Shown here: piece by piece, positions 47,587 through 57,808 of the stretch
Numbering within the stretch: the first letter of the stretch is position 1
Layout: each line of letters starts with the position of its first letter
Origin: Halorientalis sp.
Lineage (GTDB): Archaea; Halobacteriota; Halobacteria; Halobacteriales; Haloarculaceae
Direction: 5' to 3'
Assembly: GCF_028275115.1 (NCBI RefSeq)
Contig: NZ_JAQCNH010000001.1
Location: 17,321-81,320, forward strand
Length of the DNA stretch: 64,000 bases
Notes under the pieces: generated by a model
Told to the model about the DNA's origin: nothing
The model's input: only the letters and a program-made list of their open reading frames with translations
The model's database searches: none
Program-made: the position numbers and the translations under genes

Positions 47587-47848
47587 GCCAGCCAGTTACA
47601 CACGGGGTTCGTTTAACAGTTCGGCCGGAGTGGTGGGGGGTCACCTGGTCGGGCCGGAGTCGTCCACGACTGCCTCACCGTGGCGACCCTCGCTGCCAGC
47701 GAAGCACGGCCACGTCGTAGCTCGTCGACAGCGACAGTCCGGCCTCGTCGGACACCGTCACGCGGTCCGTCAGAGCAGTCCGCTGTGGGAACTCGGGGGC
47801 GGTCCCGGCCGGCTCACAGGCCGTGTCGAACTGCCGGGGCGGGGCGGC

Positions 47849-48655
47849 TCAAGCGTCGTCTTCCTGCAGTCGCTTGGTCGTCTTGACCAGTGGGTGGTGG
47901 GCGTACTCGACTTCCTCGATGTCTCCGATCGACGCCAGACTCTCTTTCCGTGCGGTCTCGGCCATCCCGAGTTCGACGCGCTCGTCGATGACGATGACGT
48001 AGGCGTCCATCTCATCGATACCGAGGCTGTCGGCGGCTTTTACACGGTGGTGGCCGTCGGCCAGCAGGAACGCGCCATCGTTGTCGATGACGACGAGCGG
48101 TTCGGCCAGCCCTCGTTCCAGTTCGTACCGCCGTCCCTCCAGTTCGTCGGCGTAAACCCGGCTCTGCGTCGGCGTGAGCCGTTCGAGGGACACTTTACGG
48201 CGGTCCTCACGGGTCTCGATGTCGTGAATCGTCTCCAGAGTTCGCTGGAGTTTCTCGACCTTGCCGGGTGTGGCGCGTTCGATCTGGCTGCGGATCACGT
48301 CGGCGTTGCTGATGATTCCGACGAGGTTGCCGGCGTCGTCGACGACGGGGAGCCGCTGGATACCCGACCGGAGGATGACGCGACCGGCGTCGTCGAGTTT
48401 CATGTCCGGATGAGCGACCAGCAGGTCCTGAGTCATGACTTTGAAAATGGGTTCGTGGTCCGCCGCGAGCAGGAGGTCACGGGCGCTGACGAACCCCTCG
48501 ACGTGACGGCCGTCACAGACCGGGAACCCACTGTGGGTGTCGTCGCTCTCTGCGATCCGGCGAGCGACGGCTTCGACCGTGTCGTCGGGCGAGACGGTGG
48601 CCACGTCCCGGGTCATGTAGTCTTCGACGCGTGGCTTCTCGTCGTCGGAATCCAT
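47849..48655 (-). CDS. CBS-pair plus ParB/Sulfiredoxin-like domain protein
   Basis: EDYMTRDV...HSGFPV...IQRLPVVD CBS pair; LTPTQ...EPLVV...LADGHHRVKA ParB/Srx motif. Confidence 0.88.
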   Translation of the reverse strand: MDSDDEKPRVEDYMTRDVATVSPDDTVEAVARRIAESDDTHSGFPVCDGRHVEGFVSARDLLLAADHEPIFKVMTQDLLVAHPDMKLDDAGRVILRSGIQRLPVVDDAGNLVGIISNADVIRSQIERATPGKVEKLQRTLETIHDIETREDRRKVSLERLTPTQSRVYADELEGRRYELERGLAEPLVVIDNDGAFLLADGHHRVKAADSLGIDEMDAYVIVIDERVELGMAETARKESLASIGDIEEVEYAHHPLVKTTKRLQEDDA

Positions 48656-48746
48656 CACCTGGGATATCTCCCCGCGTCGTAAAAACCCCTTCGGCAGGCG
48701 ATTCTCGACCGTCACCGCCGACGCGGAACTCGCAGGACGGATTCGC

Positions 48747-50258
48747 TCACCGGTCGTTCGCGAACGGGCCACCCGGCATCAGTCCCGTCCGCTCGCCCCG
48801 TGGGCGTTCCTGTAGCGCCTCGAAGAACCGCTCTGCCACGAACGCCTCTGCGTCGCCGGTGAGGTCGACAGTATCGTCGGTGTCGGTACTCTCGTCCTCG
48901 CGGTCCTCGGTCGTCCCCTCGGCCGTCGCTGGGTCGAGTGCGGTGTCGACGACGGGAATCTGTGCGCCCGCCATATCGGCGTGGCCACCGGCACTCCCGA
49001 TCTGGTCGAACGCCGACCGGAGCGTCTCGCCCATATCGAGGTCGGTCCCCCTGGCGCGACCGGAGACGTAGACCACACCGTCGATGTTCCCGTAGACGAC
49101 GGTCGCCTGAACGTCCTCCAGGTTCAGCAGTCGATCCGCCGCCTGCGCGAGCGCGTCACGGCCGCTCAACTCACCGACACAACTGGTCAGGACCGGCCCC
49201 CGGCGTTCGCGGTTGGCGATGGCTCGTGCGATCGTCTCGAGCGTGTCGCCGCTGATCGACGGGGACTCGACCCGGTCGAGCGCGTCCATGTCCGCGGCCT
49301 CGACGACGGTCCCGGCTGCCTCGAAGTCGGCCGTCGAGACTTCCCGCGTGAAGTCGTCTGTATCGACCCGGATGCCAAAGAGCAGTCCGGTCGCGACTGT
49401 CTCCTCGATGGTGATGCCGAACTGGTCGAGATACTGCACCAGCAGGGTGCTCGTCGCGCCGACGTTGCTACGGAGGTCGACGAACCCCGCTTCCGCCGGG
49501 GCACGGGGCGGGTGGTGGTCGATGACGATGTCGACTGGTGTGTTCTTCGGTAACTGGTCGTTGACTCCCGGTCGGGAGTGATCGACCAGCGCGAATCCGC
49601 CGAATCGACCGAGGTCGGCGTCGGGTTCGAGCCGAGTGAGGTCGAACTCGAGGAGGTTGACGAACGCACGATTCTCTTGATGAGAGATACGCCCGTAGTA
49701 ACACACCTCGGCCTCGAGGCCCAGCACCGCCGCGAGTCGCTGGAGCGCCACCGCGCTCGCGATGGCGTCCGGGTCCGGGTTGTTGTGAGTGACGATAGCC
49801 AGCGGTTCGTCGACCGCCCAGAACGCCCGCCGAAGTTTCCGAGCCTGGAGCCCCTCGTCTCCAACTCGACGGTGTAGGAAGTCGCCAGTCACGGCACCGG
49901 GTTCGACGAGCGTGTCGGTCAGTGACCGCAGTTCCGAGAGGATGGTCTCGTCGGGTTCGAGGCCGGCGAAGGCGAACAGCATCGCGTCGGGGATGGCTTC
50001 GCTGGCGACTGTCGCCCGGCGGTAGTTCTCTCGGGGGTCGTCGCCCGCGACCACGACCGTGTCGACACCGTCGGCGTGGGTTTCGAGCGTCGCGACGTCG
50101 AGACAGTCAACGTGCGTCGCGGCCACACCTTCCTCGCGCAACCGCTTGACGCGGCGTTCGTTCTCGTCGAGAACCGATACCACGCCCGGCCTGTCGACGA
50201 GCGCAGAGACGAGGTCGTGGCCGACCGACCCACACCCCACGACCAGCCGGGTTTGCAT
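48747..50258 (-). CDS. TrkA-N/RCK domain fused to a DHH/DHHA1 phosphoesterase
   Basis: VVGCGSVG Rossmann motif; HNNPDPDAIAS, LVDHS, IDHHP, GIRVDT, GSAGGH. Confidence 0.9.
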   Translation of the reverse strand: MQTRLVVGCGSVGHDLVSALVDRPGVVSVLDENERRVKRLREEGVAATHVDCLDVATLETHADGVDTVVVAGDDPRENYRRATVASEAIPDAMLFAFAGLEPDETILSELRSLTDTLVEPGAVTGDFLHRRVGDEGLQARKLRRAFWAVDEPLAIVTHNNPDPDAIASAVALQRLAAVLGLEAEVCYYGRISHQENRAFVNLLEFDLTRLEPDADLGRFGGFALVDHSRPGVNDQLPKNTPVDIVIDHHPPRAPAEAGFVDLRSNVGATSTLLVQYLDQFGITIEETVATGLLFGIRVDTDDFTREVSTADFEAAGTVVEAADMDALDRVESPSISGDTLETIARAIANRERRGPVLTSCVGELSGRDALAQAADRLLNLEDVQATVVYGNIDGVVYVSGRARGTDLDMGETLRSAFDQIGSAGGHADMAGAQIPVVDTALDPATAEGTTEDREDESTDTDDTVDLTGDAEAFVAERFFEALQERPRGERTGLMPGGPFANDR

Positions 50259-50325
50259 ATACCTCCATGACGGACGAACGCCGATAAACCTTTGATTTCG
50301 GCCGGGTCGCACCCACCGAGGCGCG

Positions 50326-50754
50326 TTACTTCAGCCGTTCCTGGAGAAAGGAAGGGTGCGCGGCCGCGACGCCGTCGCGGGCGACGATTTCCTCGTTGAT
50401 GACGTCACCCATCGCGTCGCCGTCGGAGGCGTGCACCTCTGCCATCAGTGTGTGGTCGCCGCTTGAGGTGTAGAGGGAGTCGACAGCATCGATCTTTTTG
50501 AGTTCCCGGGTCACCTCGACGTAGCGTTCGCTTTCCACGTCGATTCCGACCAGTGCGATGGACTTGGAGGCGAGTTTCTTCGGGTCCACGTCCGCGGAGT
50601 AGCCCACGATCACACCCTCTTCCTCGAGTTGCTGGATGTACTTACGTACTGTCGGCTTGGACACGTCGGCCCGCTCGGCGATCTCTGCGTAAGAGGCCTG
50701 CGCGTCCTCTTCGAGGACGGACAGGATGCGCTCTTCCGTGGACTCTGCAGCCAT
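50326..50754 (-). CDS. lrpA1: Lrp/AsnC-family regulator (LrpA1-like, next to porB)
   Basis: ILSVLEEDAQASYAEIAERADVSKPTVRKYIQQLEEEGVI; YTSSGDH RAM domain. The symbol rests on recalled adjacency to porAB in Halobacterium. Confidence 0.8.
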   Translation of the reverse strand: MAAESTEERILSVLEEDAQASYAEIAERADVSKPTVRKYIQQLEEEGVIVGYSADVDPKKLASKSIALVGIDVESERYVEVTRELKKIDAVDSLYTSSGDHTLMAEVHASDGDAMGDVINEEIVARDGVAAAHPSFLQERLK

Positions 50755-50837
50755 ATCTAAACTTTTGCGTCCGGTAAAAAATATCTTCCGAAGCCGAAAA
50801 CGGGACGCCGCTCGCGCCAACCGAGAGTGGCGCGACG

Positions 50838-51773
50838 TCAGCGGTGATGATGGAGCAGGTCCGCCGAGCGCTCCCACTCGCTGTCCTCGCTGAGGTACCG
50901 CTCCGCGAGGGGGTCGGCGGGCATCTCGTCGGTGGCCCGCTTCTCCGCCCCGTAGGACGGTCGGTCGCTGTCGACGTAGAACCGGCCCGTGAGGACTTCG
51001 CCCTCGTGGAGGCGTGACTCGGCGTCGTACATCGCCTCGGCGGCCTCGCGTCGGTCAGTCACGTCGAAGTCGAAGTCCTCGGCGTCCTGTACGTCCGTGT
51101 AGGGGACGTACTGTTTGGCGTCCTTGTTCCAGGTGGGACACTGGGTGAGGAAATCGACGTGCGCGAACCCGTCGTGTTCCATGGCCTCGATTAGGATCTC
51201 TTTGGCCTGGTTGGGGTTGACCGCCGCCGTCCGGGCGACGTACGACGAGCCCGATGCCAGCGAGAGCGACATGGGCCGCACGGGGTCCTTGGCGCTCCCG
51301 TGGGGCTGGGTCTTGGACTTGTGACCCTTCGGACTGGTGGGTGACGTCTGGCCCTTCGTCAGCCCGAAGATTTCGTTGTTGAACACGATGTAGGTCATGT
51401 CGTGGTTCTCCCGGGCAGTGTGCATGAAGTGGTTGCCGCCGATGCCGTAGCCGTCGCCGTCGCCACCGGCCGCGATCACTTCCAGTCCCGGGTTGGCCAG
51501 TTTGGCGGCCCGCGCCACGGGCAACGAGCGCCCGTGGATGCTGTGGAAGCCGTAGCTCTCGAAGTACGAGGAGAGCTTGCCCGAACAGCCGATACCCGTG
51601 ACGAGCAGAGTCTCGTCGGGCGTGCGGCCTACTTCGGGCATGGCCTGTTTCAGCGCCTTCAGGACGCCGAAGTCGCCACAGCCTGGACACCAGGTCGCTT
51701 GTGGCTCGATGCCGGGTGTGAACTCGTCGCGGTCGATCTCGCGGTCCTCGCCGATTGCGCTGAATACACTCAT
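50838..51773 (-). CDS. porB: Pyruvate:ferredoxin oxidoreductase beta subunit
   Basis: WCPGCGDFG, GIGCSGK, GGDGDGYGIGGNH, FGLTKGQTSPT. Confidence 0.9.
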   Translation of the reverse strand: MSVFSAIGEDREIDRDEFTPGIEPQATWCPGCGDFGVLKALKQAMPEVGRTPDETLLVTGIGCSGKLSSYFESYGFHSIHGRSLPVARAAKLANPGLEVIAAGGDGDGYGIGGNHFMHTARENHDMTYIVFNNEIFGLTKGQTSPTSPKGHKSKTQPHGSAKDPVRPMSLSLASGSSYVARTAAVNPNQAKEILIEAMEHDGFAHVDFLTQCPTWNKDAKQYVPYTDVQDAEDFDFDVTDRREAAEAMYDAESRLHEGEVLTGRFYVDSDRPSYGAEKRATDEMPADPLAERYLSEDSEWERSADLLHHHR

Positions 51774-51775
51774 TG

Positions 51776-53680
51776 TTAGTCACCTGCTGCTGGGACGAAT
51801 TTGGTTCCGTCCGGGACGGGGGCGTCCCGGGTGACGATACGCTCGAAGCCCTCGACGATCTCGGAGGGCTCGAATGCCTCACCGTTGTACTTCAGGAGGC
51901 TGTTGAGCTTCGGCCCGAACCGGCCGAGTTCCTTCTGGGTCAGCCCCCGAAACTGCGCCGAGGCGTTCATCTCGGCGACCAGGCAGGCCTCCACCGACTC
52001 CAGGAAGTCCGCCACCTCCCGCTCGGGATAAGGCATCAGATCGCTGACGCCCAGCGCCATCACGGACGCTCCGGCCTCGTTCAACTGGTCGACGGCCTCG
52101 AAGACGGTGTCTTGCTGACTGCCCCACGCCAGCAGGCCGTAGTCGGCGTTCTCGGGACCGTAGCGTGTCTGGTGGGACGCCTCGCCGTCGTTCAGTTCCT
52201 CCCGGATGGCGTCGAGTTTCGACATCCGGCGGTCCATCTGTGCGACGCGGTTGGTCGGGCTCTCGCTGATGTGGCCCTCTGGCGTGTGTTCGTTGCCCGA
52301 TGCGAGGAAGCGGCCATCTTTCTGTCCGGGAACCGACCGCGGACTGACGCCGTTCTCGGCGTCGTGCTGGTAGCGCTCGAACTTCCCCGACTCGTGGTGG
52401 GCCGCCTCACGTATTTCGTCCTCGGTGAGGACGCTTCCGGGGTCGTCGTTGGGCTCCCGGTCGAAGAAGGACTCGTCGACGTTGCGCATCTCGCCGGAGA
52501 GCTTCTGGTCGATGACGACGATAGCCGGAAGCTGGTACTCGTAGGCCACCCGAAAGGCCGCACGGGTCTGCTCGTAACACTCACCGACGTTGGCTGGCGC
52601 GAACACGACCCGGCAGGAGTCTCCCTGACTCGTGTAGAGGACATGTTCGAGGTCGGCCTGTTCGGGTTTGGTTGGCATCCCCGTCGAGGGGCCGGCCCGC
52701 ATCGCCTCGATCAGGACCACCGGCGTCTCTGTCATCTCCGCCAGCCCGAGGGGTTCGGACATCAGGGCGAACCCGCCACCGGAGGACCCGGACATCGCCT
52801 TGACACCGGCGTGGGAAGCCCCGACTGCGAGGGAAGCGGCGGCGATTTCGTCTTCGACCTGTTCGGCGATACCGCCGAACTTCGGGAGGTGCTGGGAGAG
52901 AATCGTGAATACGTCCGTCCAGGGGGTCATCGGGTACCCCGAAATGAACCGACAGCCCTCGTCGATAGCCCCGTAGGCGACGGCGCTGCTCCCGGACATC
53001 AGTACCTGCTGTTCGCCGTGGTCACCGGTGGGCACGCGGAGGTCGTGGGTGATCGTGTACTCCTCGCGCACCGAGTCGTAGGCGCGTTCGAGGATGTCGA
53101 GATTGGCTGCCAGCACGTCGCCGGTCATGGCGTCTTCCATCAGGTCCTCGATGTGGTCCACGTCCATGTCGAGCAGTGCGGCGGTCGCACCGACACCGGC
53201 GGTGTTTCGCATCACTTCCCGTCCGTGTTCGCGGGCGAGGGCTCGCAGGTCGAGGGGGTAGACGTGCCAGTCGTTCTCCTCGGCCCGGGCCTCCAGATCC
53301 AGGCCGGCACGCTCCAGCGTGTCCTGGTCGAGCAGTCCCTCGTCGTAAACGACCACGCCGCCCTCGTTGAGGTCGTCGAGGTTCTCCGAGAGGGGCTTGA
53401 TCTCCTCGTTGCCGTAAACAGTGTCGGCACCGTCCTGTGGGTTGCGGGCGAAGCTATCGCCCAGTGCCAGCAGGAAGTTGAAGCCGTCTCCCCGCGACCG
53501 GACGGGGTCTGCGTCGGCCCGTACCTCGACGTAGGTGTGGCCGCCCCGAATCCGTGAGGGGTAGTGTCGGTGTGTGAATACGTCCAGTCCCGCGCGCATC
53601 AGTGCCTTGGCGAAATTCTGGCTCGTGGAATCAATTCCGTCACCGGAGCCACCAGCGATGCGCCACATTAGTTCTGTCAT
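51776..53680 (-). CDS. porA: Pyruvate:ferredoxin oxidoreductase alpha subunit (gamma-alpha fusion)
   Basis: WRIAGGSGDGIDSTSQNFAKALMR...YPSRIRGGHT (Por rather than Kor type), GYPMTPW, EDEIAA, RAGPSTGMPT. Confidence 0.9.
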   Translation of the reverse strand: MTELMWRIAGGSGDGIDSTSQNFAKALMRAGLDVFTHRHYPSRIRGGHTYVEVRADADPVRSRGDGFNFLLALGDSFARNPQDGADTVYGNEEIKPLSENLDDLNEGGVVVYDEGLLDQDTLERAGLDLEARAEENDWHVYPLDLRALAREHGREVMRNTAGVGATAALLDMDVDHIEDLMEDAMTGDVLAANLDILERAYDSVREEYTITHDLRVPTGDHGEQQVLMSGSSAVAYGAIDEGCRFISGYPMTPWTDVFTILSQHLPKFGGIAEQVEDEIAAASLAVGASHAGVKAMSGSSGGGFALMSEPLGLAEMTETPVVLIEAMRAGPSTGMPTKPEQADLEHVLYTSQGDSCRVVFAPANVGECYEQTRAAFRVAYEYQLPAIVVIDQKLSGEMRNVDESFFDREPNDDPGSVLTEDEIREAAHHESGKFERYQHDAENGVSPRSVPGQKDGRFLASGNEHTPEGHISESPTNRVAQMDRRMSKLDAIREELNDGEASHQTRYGPENADYGLLAWGSQQDTVFEAVDQLNEAGASVMALGVSDLMPYPEREVADFLESVEACLVAEMNASAQFRGLTQKELGRFGPKLNSLLKYNGEAFEPSEIVEGFERIVTRDAPVPDGTKFVPAAGD

Positions 53681-53920
53681 GATAAATCAGTGGCCGAATC
53701 GGCCGCCCTAGTTGAGAAACGGCGCGCCGAGACAAAAGAGTTTGCTACGCGTTACCACAGATTAATCATGACAGTTCGGATGGGTTCACAGGGTCGGCCC
53801 GGCGCCTCGGAACCGACCGATTCTGGGAGTCGGCCAGCGCTTGGGTTCTTCAGAGGTCAGTCGGTGCGGGAACGTCTCGCAAACGATTTATGGACCGAAA
53901 ACATCGGTCCCACAAATCAG

Positions 53921-54640
53921 ATGTCTCTTTCGGAACTTATTGCCGGTGTCGAAGAACACGAGAAGACGCTGACGGTTTTTAATTCGGACGCAGGTGTCGT
54001 CGCGGCGTTTCGTGAGCGGTTCGCCGACCGGAACGTGACGGTCAGAACGGAGTCGACACCGAGCGGGAGGCCGGGCGAGTTCGCCACCCTCAGCGAGGAC
54101 GGCGAGGTACTGACGGCCACGAGTGTTACGGACCTCCAGCGAATGATCGAGGAGTCGGACGTGGCGCTTGGCCTGTCCGACAGCCCGTATCAACCGCTGC
54201 TCAACCACATGGACGAGACTATGTTCACCTCCTGGAGCATCGACCAGATGGTCGCGGCCTCTAAAGAGATCGAGGACCGTGCGTGGCGGGTCGGCGAGGG
54301 GTCGCTCCACGCCGGCTTCCAGTACCTCTCGACGCTCCGTGGCGAACTCCCGGTCTACGAACGGCTTGGCTCGAAGGATCTCGACGTTCACGCGTACGCA
54401 GTCCCGGACGAGGACCCGCCCGACCACGAGGAGTTTACCCTCCACATCGAGCGCGCAGAGGAGATCGAGAAGTCCTGGTTCGTGGTCTTCGACGGCAACG
54501 GCCTCGACGAGAACAAATGCGCCCTGCTGGGCGAAGAACGCGGGCCGCGAGAGTTCTACGGTTTCTGGACCTACGGCGCCGACACTGTCGACTGGATTAT
54601 CGACCACCTCGACTCCACGTACGGGGTTCTCGAACAGTGA
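53921..54640 (+). CDS. Stand-alone DICT sensory-domain protein
   Basis: EKTLTVFN...SKEIEDRAWRVGEGSLHAGFQ...WFVVFDG...FYGFWTY. Confidence 0.82.
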   Translation: MSLSELIAGVEEHEKTLTVFNSDAGVVAAFRERFADRNVTVRTESTPSGRPGEFATLSEDGEVLTATSVTDLQRMIEESDVALGLSDSPYQPLLNHMDETMFTSWSIDQMVAASKEIEDRAWRVGEGSLHAGFQYLSTLRGELPVYERLGSKDLDVHAYAVPDEDPPDHEEFTLHIERAEEIEKSWFVVFDGNGLDENKCALLGEERGPREFYGFWTYGADTVDWIIDHLDSTYGVLEQ

Positions 54641-54978
54641 TCCGTTTCCGCGGCTGAACCGAGTGGGACCCGTCCGACGTCCGTAGGTGACACAGCCACG
54701 GTTCGTCGTATCTCTCCTGTCTGTCGTCCCGGCGGCGTCCGCTCTGGCGTGCCGACGTGCGCTGGCACTCTCAGTCCGGCGAACCGACTCGGGTTCGCCA
54801 TCGCCGCCACCGACGGCGGCGCAGCCGTGACACTGGGCCTGCAGATGGCCCGAGCACTGGACCGGAACGCAAACCTGCTCCCCTGTGTCAGGACCTCCAT
54901 GGACGGCCCCCTGTCCATCGACGCCCCTCCACGCACAGCAACGGTGAGCGAACCCGACGTGTCGGGGGTGACCTGACC

Positions 54979-55910
54979 GTGGCAACCGTCGAGACACGCG
55001 GGCTGACGAAGTCGTTCGGCGATGTCGACGCCGTCCTCGACCTCGACCTCGCCGTCGACGAGGGGGAAGTGTTCGGCTTCCTCGGCCCGAACGGCGCGGG
55101 AAAGTCGACGATTATCAATCTCCTGCTCGACTACATCCGGCCGACCAGCGGGAGCGTCGAGGTGTTCGGGATGGACGCACAGGAACACCCGGCGAAGATC
55201 CGCGAGCGTGTCGGTGTCCTTCCGGAAGGGTACGGCTTCGACGATCCGCTCACGGGCCGGGAGTACCTCGAGTGGGCGATTCGCACGAAAGACGCCGACG
55301 ACGACCCGGCGAAGTTGCTCGACCTGGTGAGTTTGACCGACGACGCCGCCCGGATGGCCGCCGACTACTCAAAGGGGATGCAACAACGACTCGCGTTCGC
55401 GATGGCGCTGGTCGACGACCCCGACCTGTTGCTCCTCGACGAACCCTCGACCGGACTCGACCCGAACGGTATCCGGACGATGCGTGAGGTCGTCGCCGAC
55501 GTGGCCGCCGACGGAACGACGTGTTTTTTTCCAGCCACCACCTCACCGAGGTCGAGGCGGTCTGTGATCGGGTCGGCGTAATGAACGAGGGCGAACTGGT
55601 CGCAGTCGACAGCATCGACGGTCTCCGCGACAGCGTGGGCGGGCACGCGACTCTCGAACTACGGTGTGCGACCCCGCCGACCGACCTCGGCGTCGCGGCA
55701 GTCGACGGCGTCGTCGACACGGCCGTCGAGGACCACACCCTGACGGTCACCTGTGGCGAGCCGACGGTGAAAGTCGACGCGATCACGTACGCCGCCGAGC
55801 GCGCCGACATCGTCGACATCCGCTCGACGACGGTGTCGCTGGAGACGCTGTTCAACGAGTTGACCGAGGGCGGCCACGAGGGAGAGACACCCGCGGAGGC
55901 ACCACAGTGA
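54979..55910 (+). pseudogene. ABC-2 exporter ATP-binding protein, 1-nt frameshift at about 55520
   Basis: GPNGAGKST, YSKGMQQR, LLLDEPSTG, then ACG-ACG-TGT-TTT-TTT; the FFSSHHLTEV H-loop is in another frame. Confidence 0.85.
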
Positions 55911-56434
55911 GCATCGAGAGCGTCCTCTCGAAGGACTTCACGAGCGTCCAGCGGTCCGGCGCGCTCTGGGCGACCGGGGTCTGTCTGGCGCTGGTCGCGT
56001 ACGTGAACCTCGGCCCCGGCGCCCCGCCGGTCAGGGAGGCACAGAACGCGTACGGACTCCTGGTCGGACTGGTCGGCGTACTGGTGCCAATTGTCGCCAT
56101 CGTCGCCAGCTACATGGCGATTACGGGGGAGCGTGCCAGCGGCGGCATCAAGTTCCTGCTGGCGTTCCCGAACAGCCGACGGGACGTGTTCGTCGGCAAG
56201 CTCGTCAGCAGGCTGGCCGTGGTCGGCGCCGTCGTGCTGTTCATGTTCGTCGCGGGCGACGAACCCGGCCAACCGTCACAGGAGCAGGGCGGAGAGCCCG
56301 CGCGGTACAACGTCGTTCGGACCAGATTTGGGCAACCACCGCTGACGGACCCGGGGAATCTGCTCCGTCTCGTCTCGGTGCTAGCGGGCGTCGTCGTGCT
56401 CGGCGGCGGTGGCTACCTCCGGTCGAGACCGTAG
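55907..56434 (+). pseudogene. ABC-2 permease, internally deleted
   Basis: KDFTSV...SYMAITGERASGGIKFLLAFPNSRRDVFVGKL, then jumps to a C-terminal remnant; only about 175 codons. Confidence 0.7.
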
Positions 56435-56480
56435 AGGGCGGCGCGACGCTGCGCCGTCCGTGGTGTCGTCGGTAGCGCGT

Positions 56481-57629
56481 TTACCACTGCCCGTAGATCA
56501 GGTTGCGCTGAATCTCGTTTGCGCCTTCGTAGATGACGGGAATGCGAACGTCGCGGTAGACCCGCGAGATGCGGTTCTCGGTGAGGACCGAGCGACCGCC
56601 GTGGAGTTGCATGCCACGTTCGGCACACATCGTCGCCGTCTCGGTGGACTTCACCTTCGCCTGTGCGGCCCAGAGCCCGGAGTTGTCGTTGTTCGCGACC
56701 TTGTCCGCGGCCCGCCAGTTGAGTGACCGGGCGGCCTCGAACTCCGTCCGCATGTCCGCGAGGATGTGCTGGACCTTCTGGAACTCGCTCACGTCACGCC
56801 CGAACGCCTGGCGACCGTGAACGAAGTCGTGGGCCTCCTCGATGGCCGCTGCCGCGAGGCCGAGCGCGTGTCCGCCGACTACCACGCGCCCGTGGTTGAA
56901 GAAGTCTGCGAGCATGTAGAAGCCCGTGCCCTCGGTTCCGATGACGTGGTCCTCTGGAATCCGGGCGTCGTTCAGGTAGACGTGGGCCTGTTTGGAGGCT
57001 CGGAAGCCCATCTTCTCGGGGATGTGTTCGGCATCGTAGCCGTCGGTGTCGGTAGGGACGATGAACATCGAGAAGTTACCGTAGCGGTCGTCCTCGTCGT
57101 GGCCGGTCCGGGCGTACAGCGTCACCCAGTCGGCCTCGACACCGTTACCGATCCAGTACTTCTCACCGTTCAGGACCCACTCGTCGCCGTCCTTCTCGGC
57201 AGTGGTCTCCATCCCGGCGAGGTCGCTGCCGGTCTCGGGTTCGGACACTGCCAGACCGGTAATCTGTTCGTTGTTCGCGACCGGGCGGAGGAACTCCTCT
57301 TTCTGCCAGTCCGAGCCGTACTCTTCGAGCATCTCCGCGCCGAAACTGGCCAGTTGCAGCGTCAGGCCGATCCCGGCGTCGGCCTTGTAGAACTCCTCGG
57401 CCATGGCGAACATCTGATGCATGTCGAGTCCACGACCGCCGTACTCCTCGCTGATGTCCTGGCCGACCAGATTGGCCTCCATGCCCGCCTCGAGCACTTC
57501 CCAGGGGTACTCAGCGGACTCGTAGTAGTCTGCCGCGACCGGCTCGATATGCTCCGCTGCGAACTCCCGAGCCTCCTGTTTCACGTCGTGCGCGCGCTCT
57601 GGCACCACATCTTCCGTTAGCAACTCCAT
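56481..57629 (-). CDS. Acyl-CoA dehydrogenase
   Basis: AVSEPETGSD, LNGEKYWIGNG, KMGFRAS, QLHGG, IYEGANEIQR. Confidence 0.93.
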   Translation of the reverse strand: MELLTEDVVPERAHDVKQEAREFAAEHIEPVAADYYESAEYPWEVLEAGMEANLVGQDISEEYGGRGLDMHQMFAMAEEFYKADAGIGLTLQLASFGAEMLEEYGSDWQKEEFLRPVANNEQITGLAVSEPETGSDLAGMETTAEKDGDEWVLNGEKYWIGNGVEADWVTLYARTGHDEDDRYGNFSMFIVPTDTDGYDAEHIPEKMGFRASKQAHVYLNDARIPEDHVIGTEGTGFYMLADFFNHGRVVVGGHALGLAAAAIEEAHDFVHGRQAFGRDVSEFQKVQHILADMRTEFEAARSLNWRAADKVANNDNSGLWAAQAKVKSTETATMCAERGMQLHGGRSVLTENRISRVYRDVRIPVIYEGANEIQRNLIYGQW

Positions 57630-57808
57630 GCGTGAGCGTTAACATGGGCTGCACGGACAAAAACGGCTTGGAACATTGTAAGTTATGAACGGAGTTCGAG
57701 TTTTTTTTATCGACAATGTGGCCCGAATCGGCCGCGGTGTTGTCATTCGGACTAGACGAGTGTCGACATTCCTATCAGGAGCCGGGCAGTTATCCGACGA
57801 CGAGTGCT

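Noticed and set aside
47590-47845. Possible small ORF between the mutase and CBS-ParB genes
   Set aside because: Only a short minus-strand frame of about 28 codons without a family motif or clear promoter.
54680-54976. Possible remnant membrane-protein gene upstream of the ABC ATPase
   Set aside because: Hydrophobic patches in mixed frames but no recognisable motif; cannot be supported as a feature.
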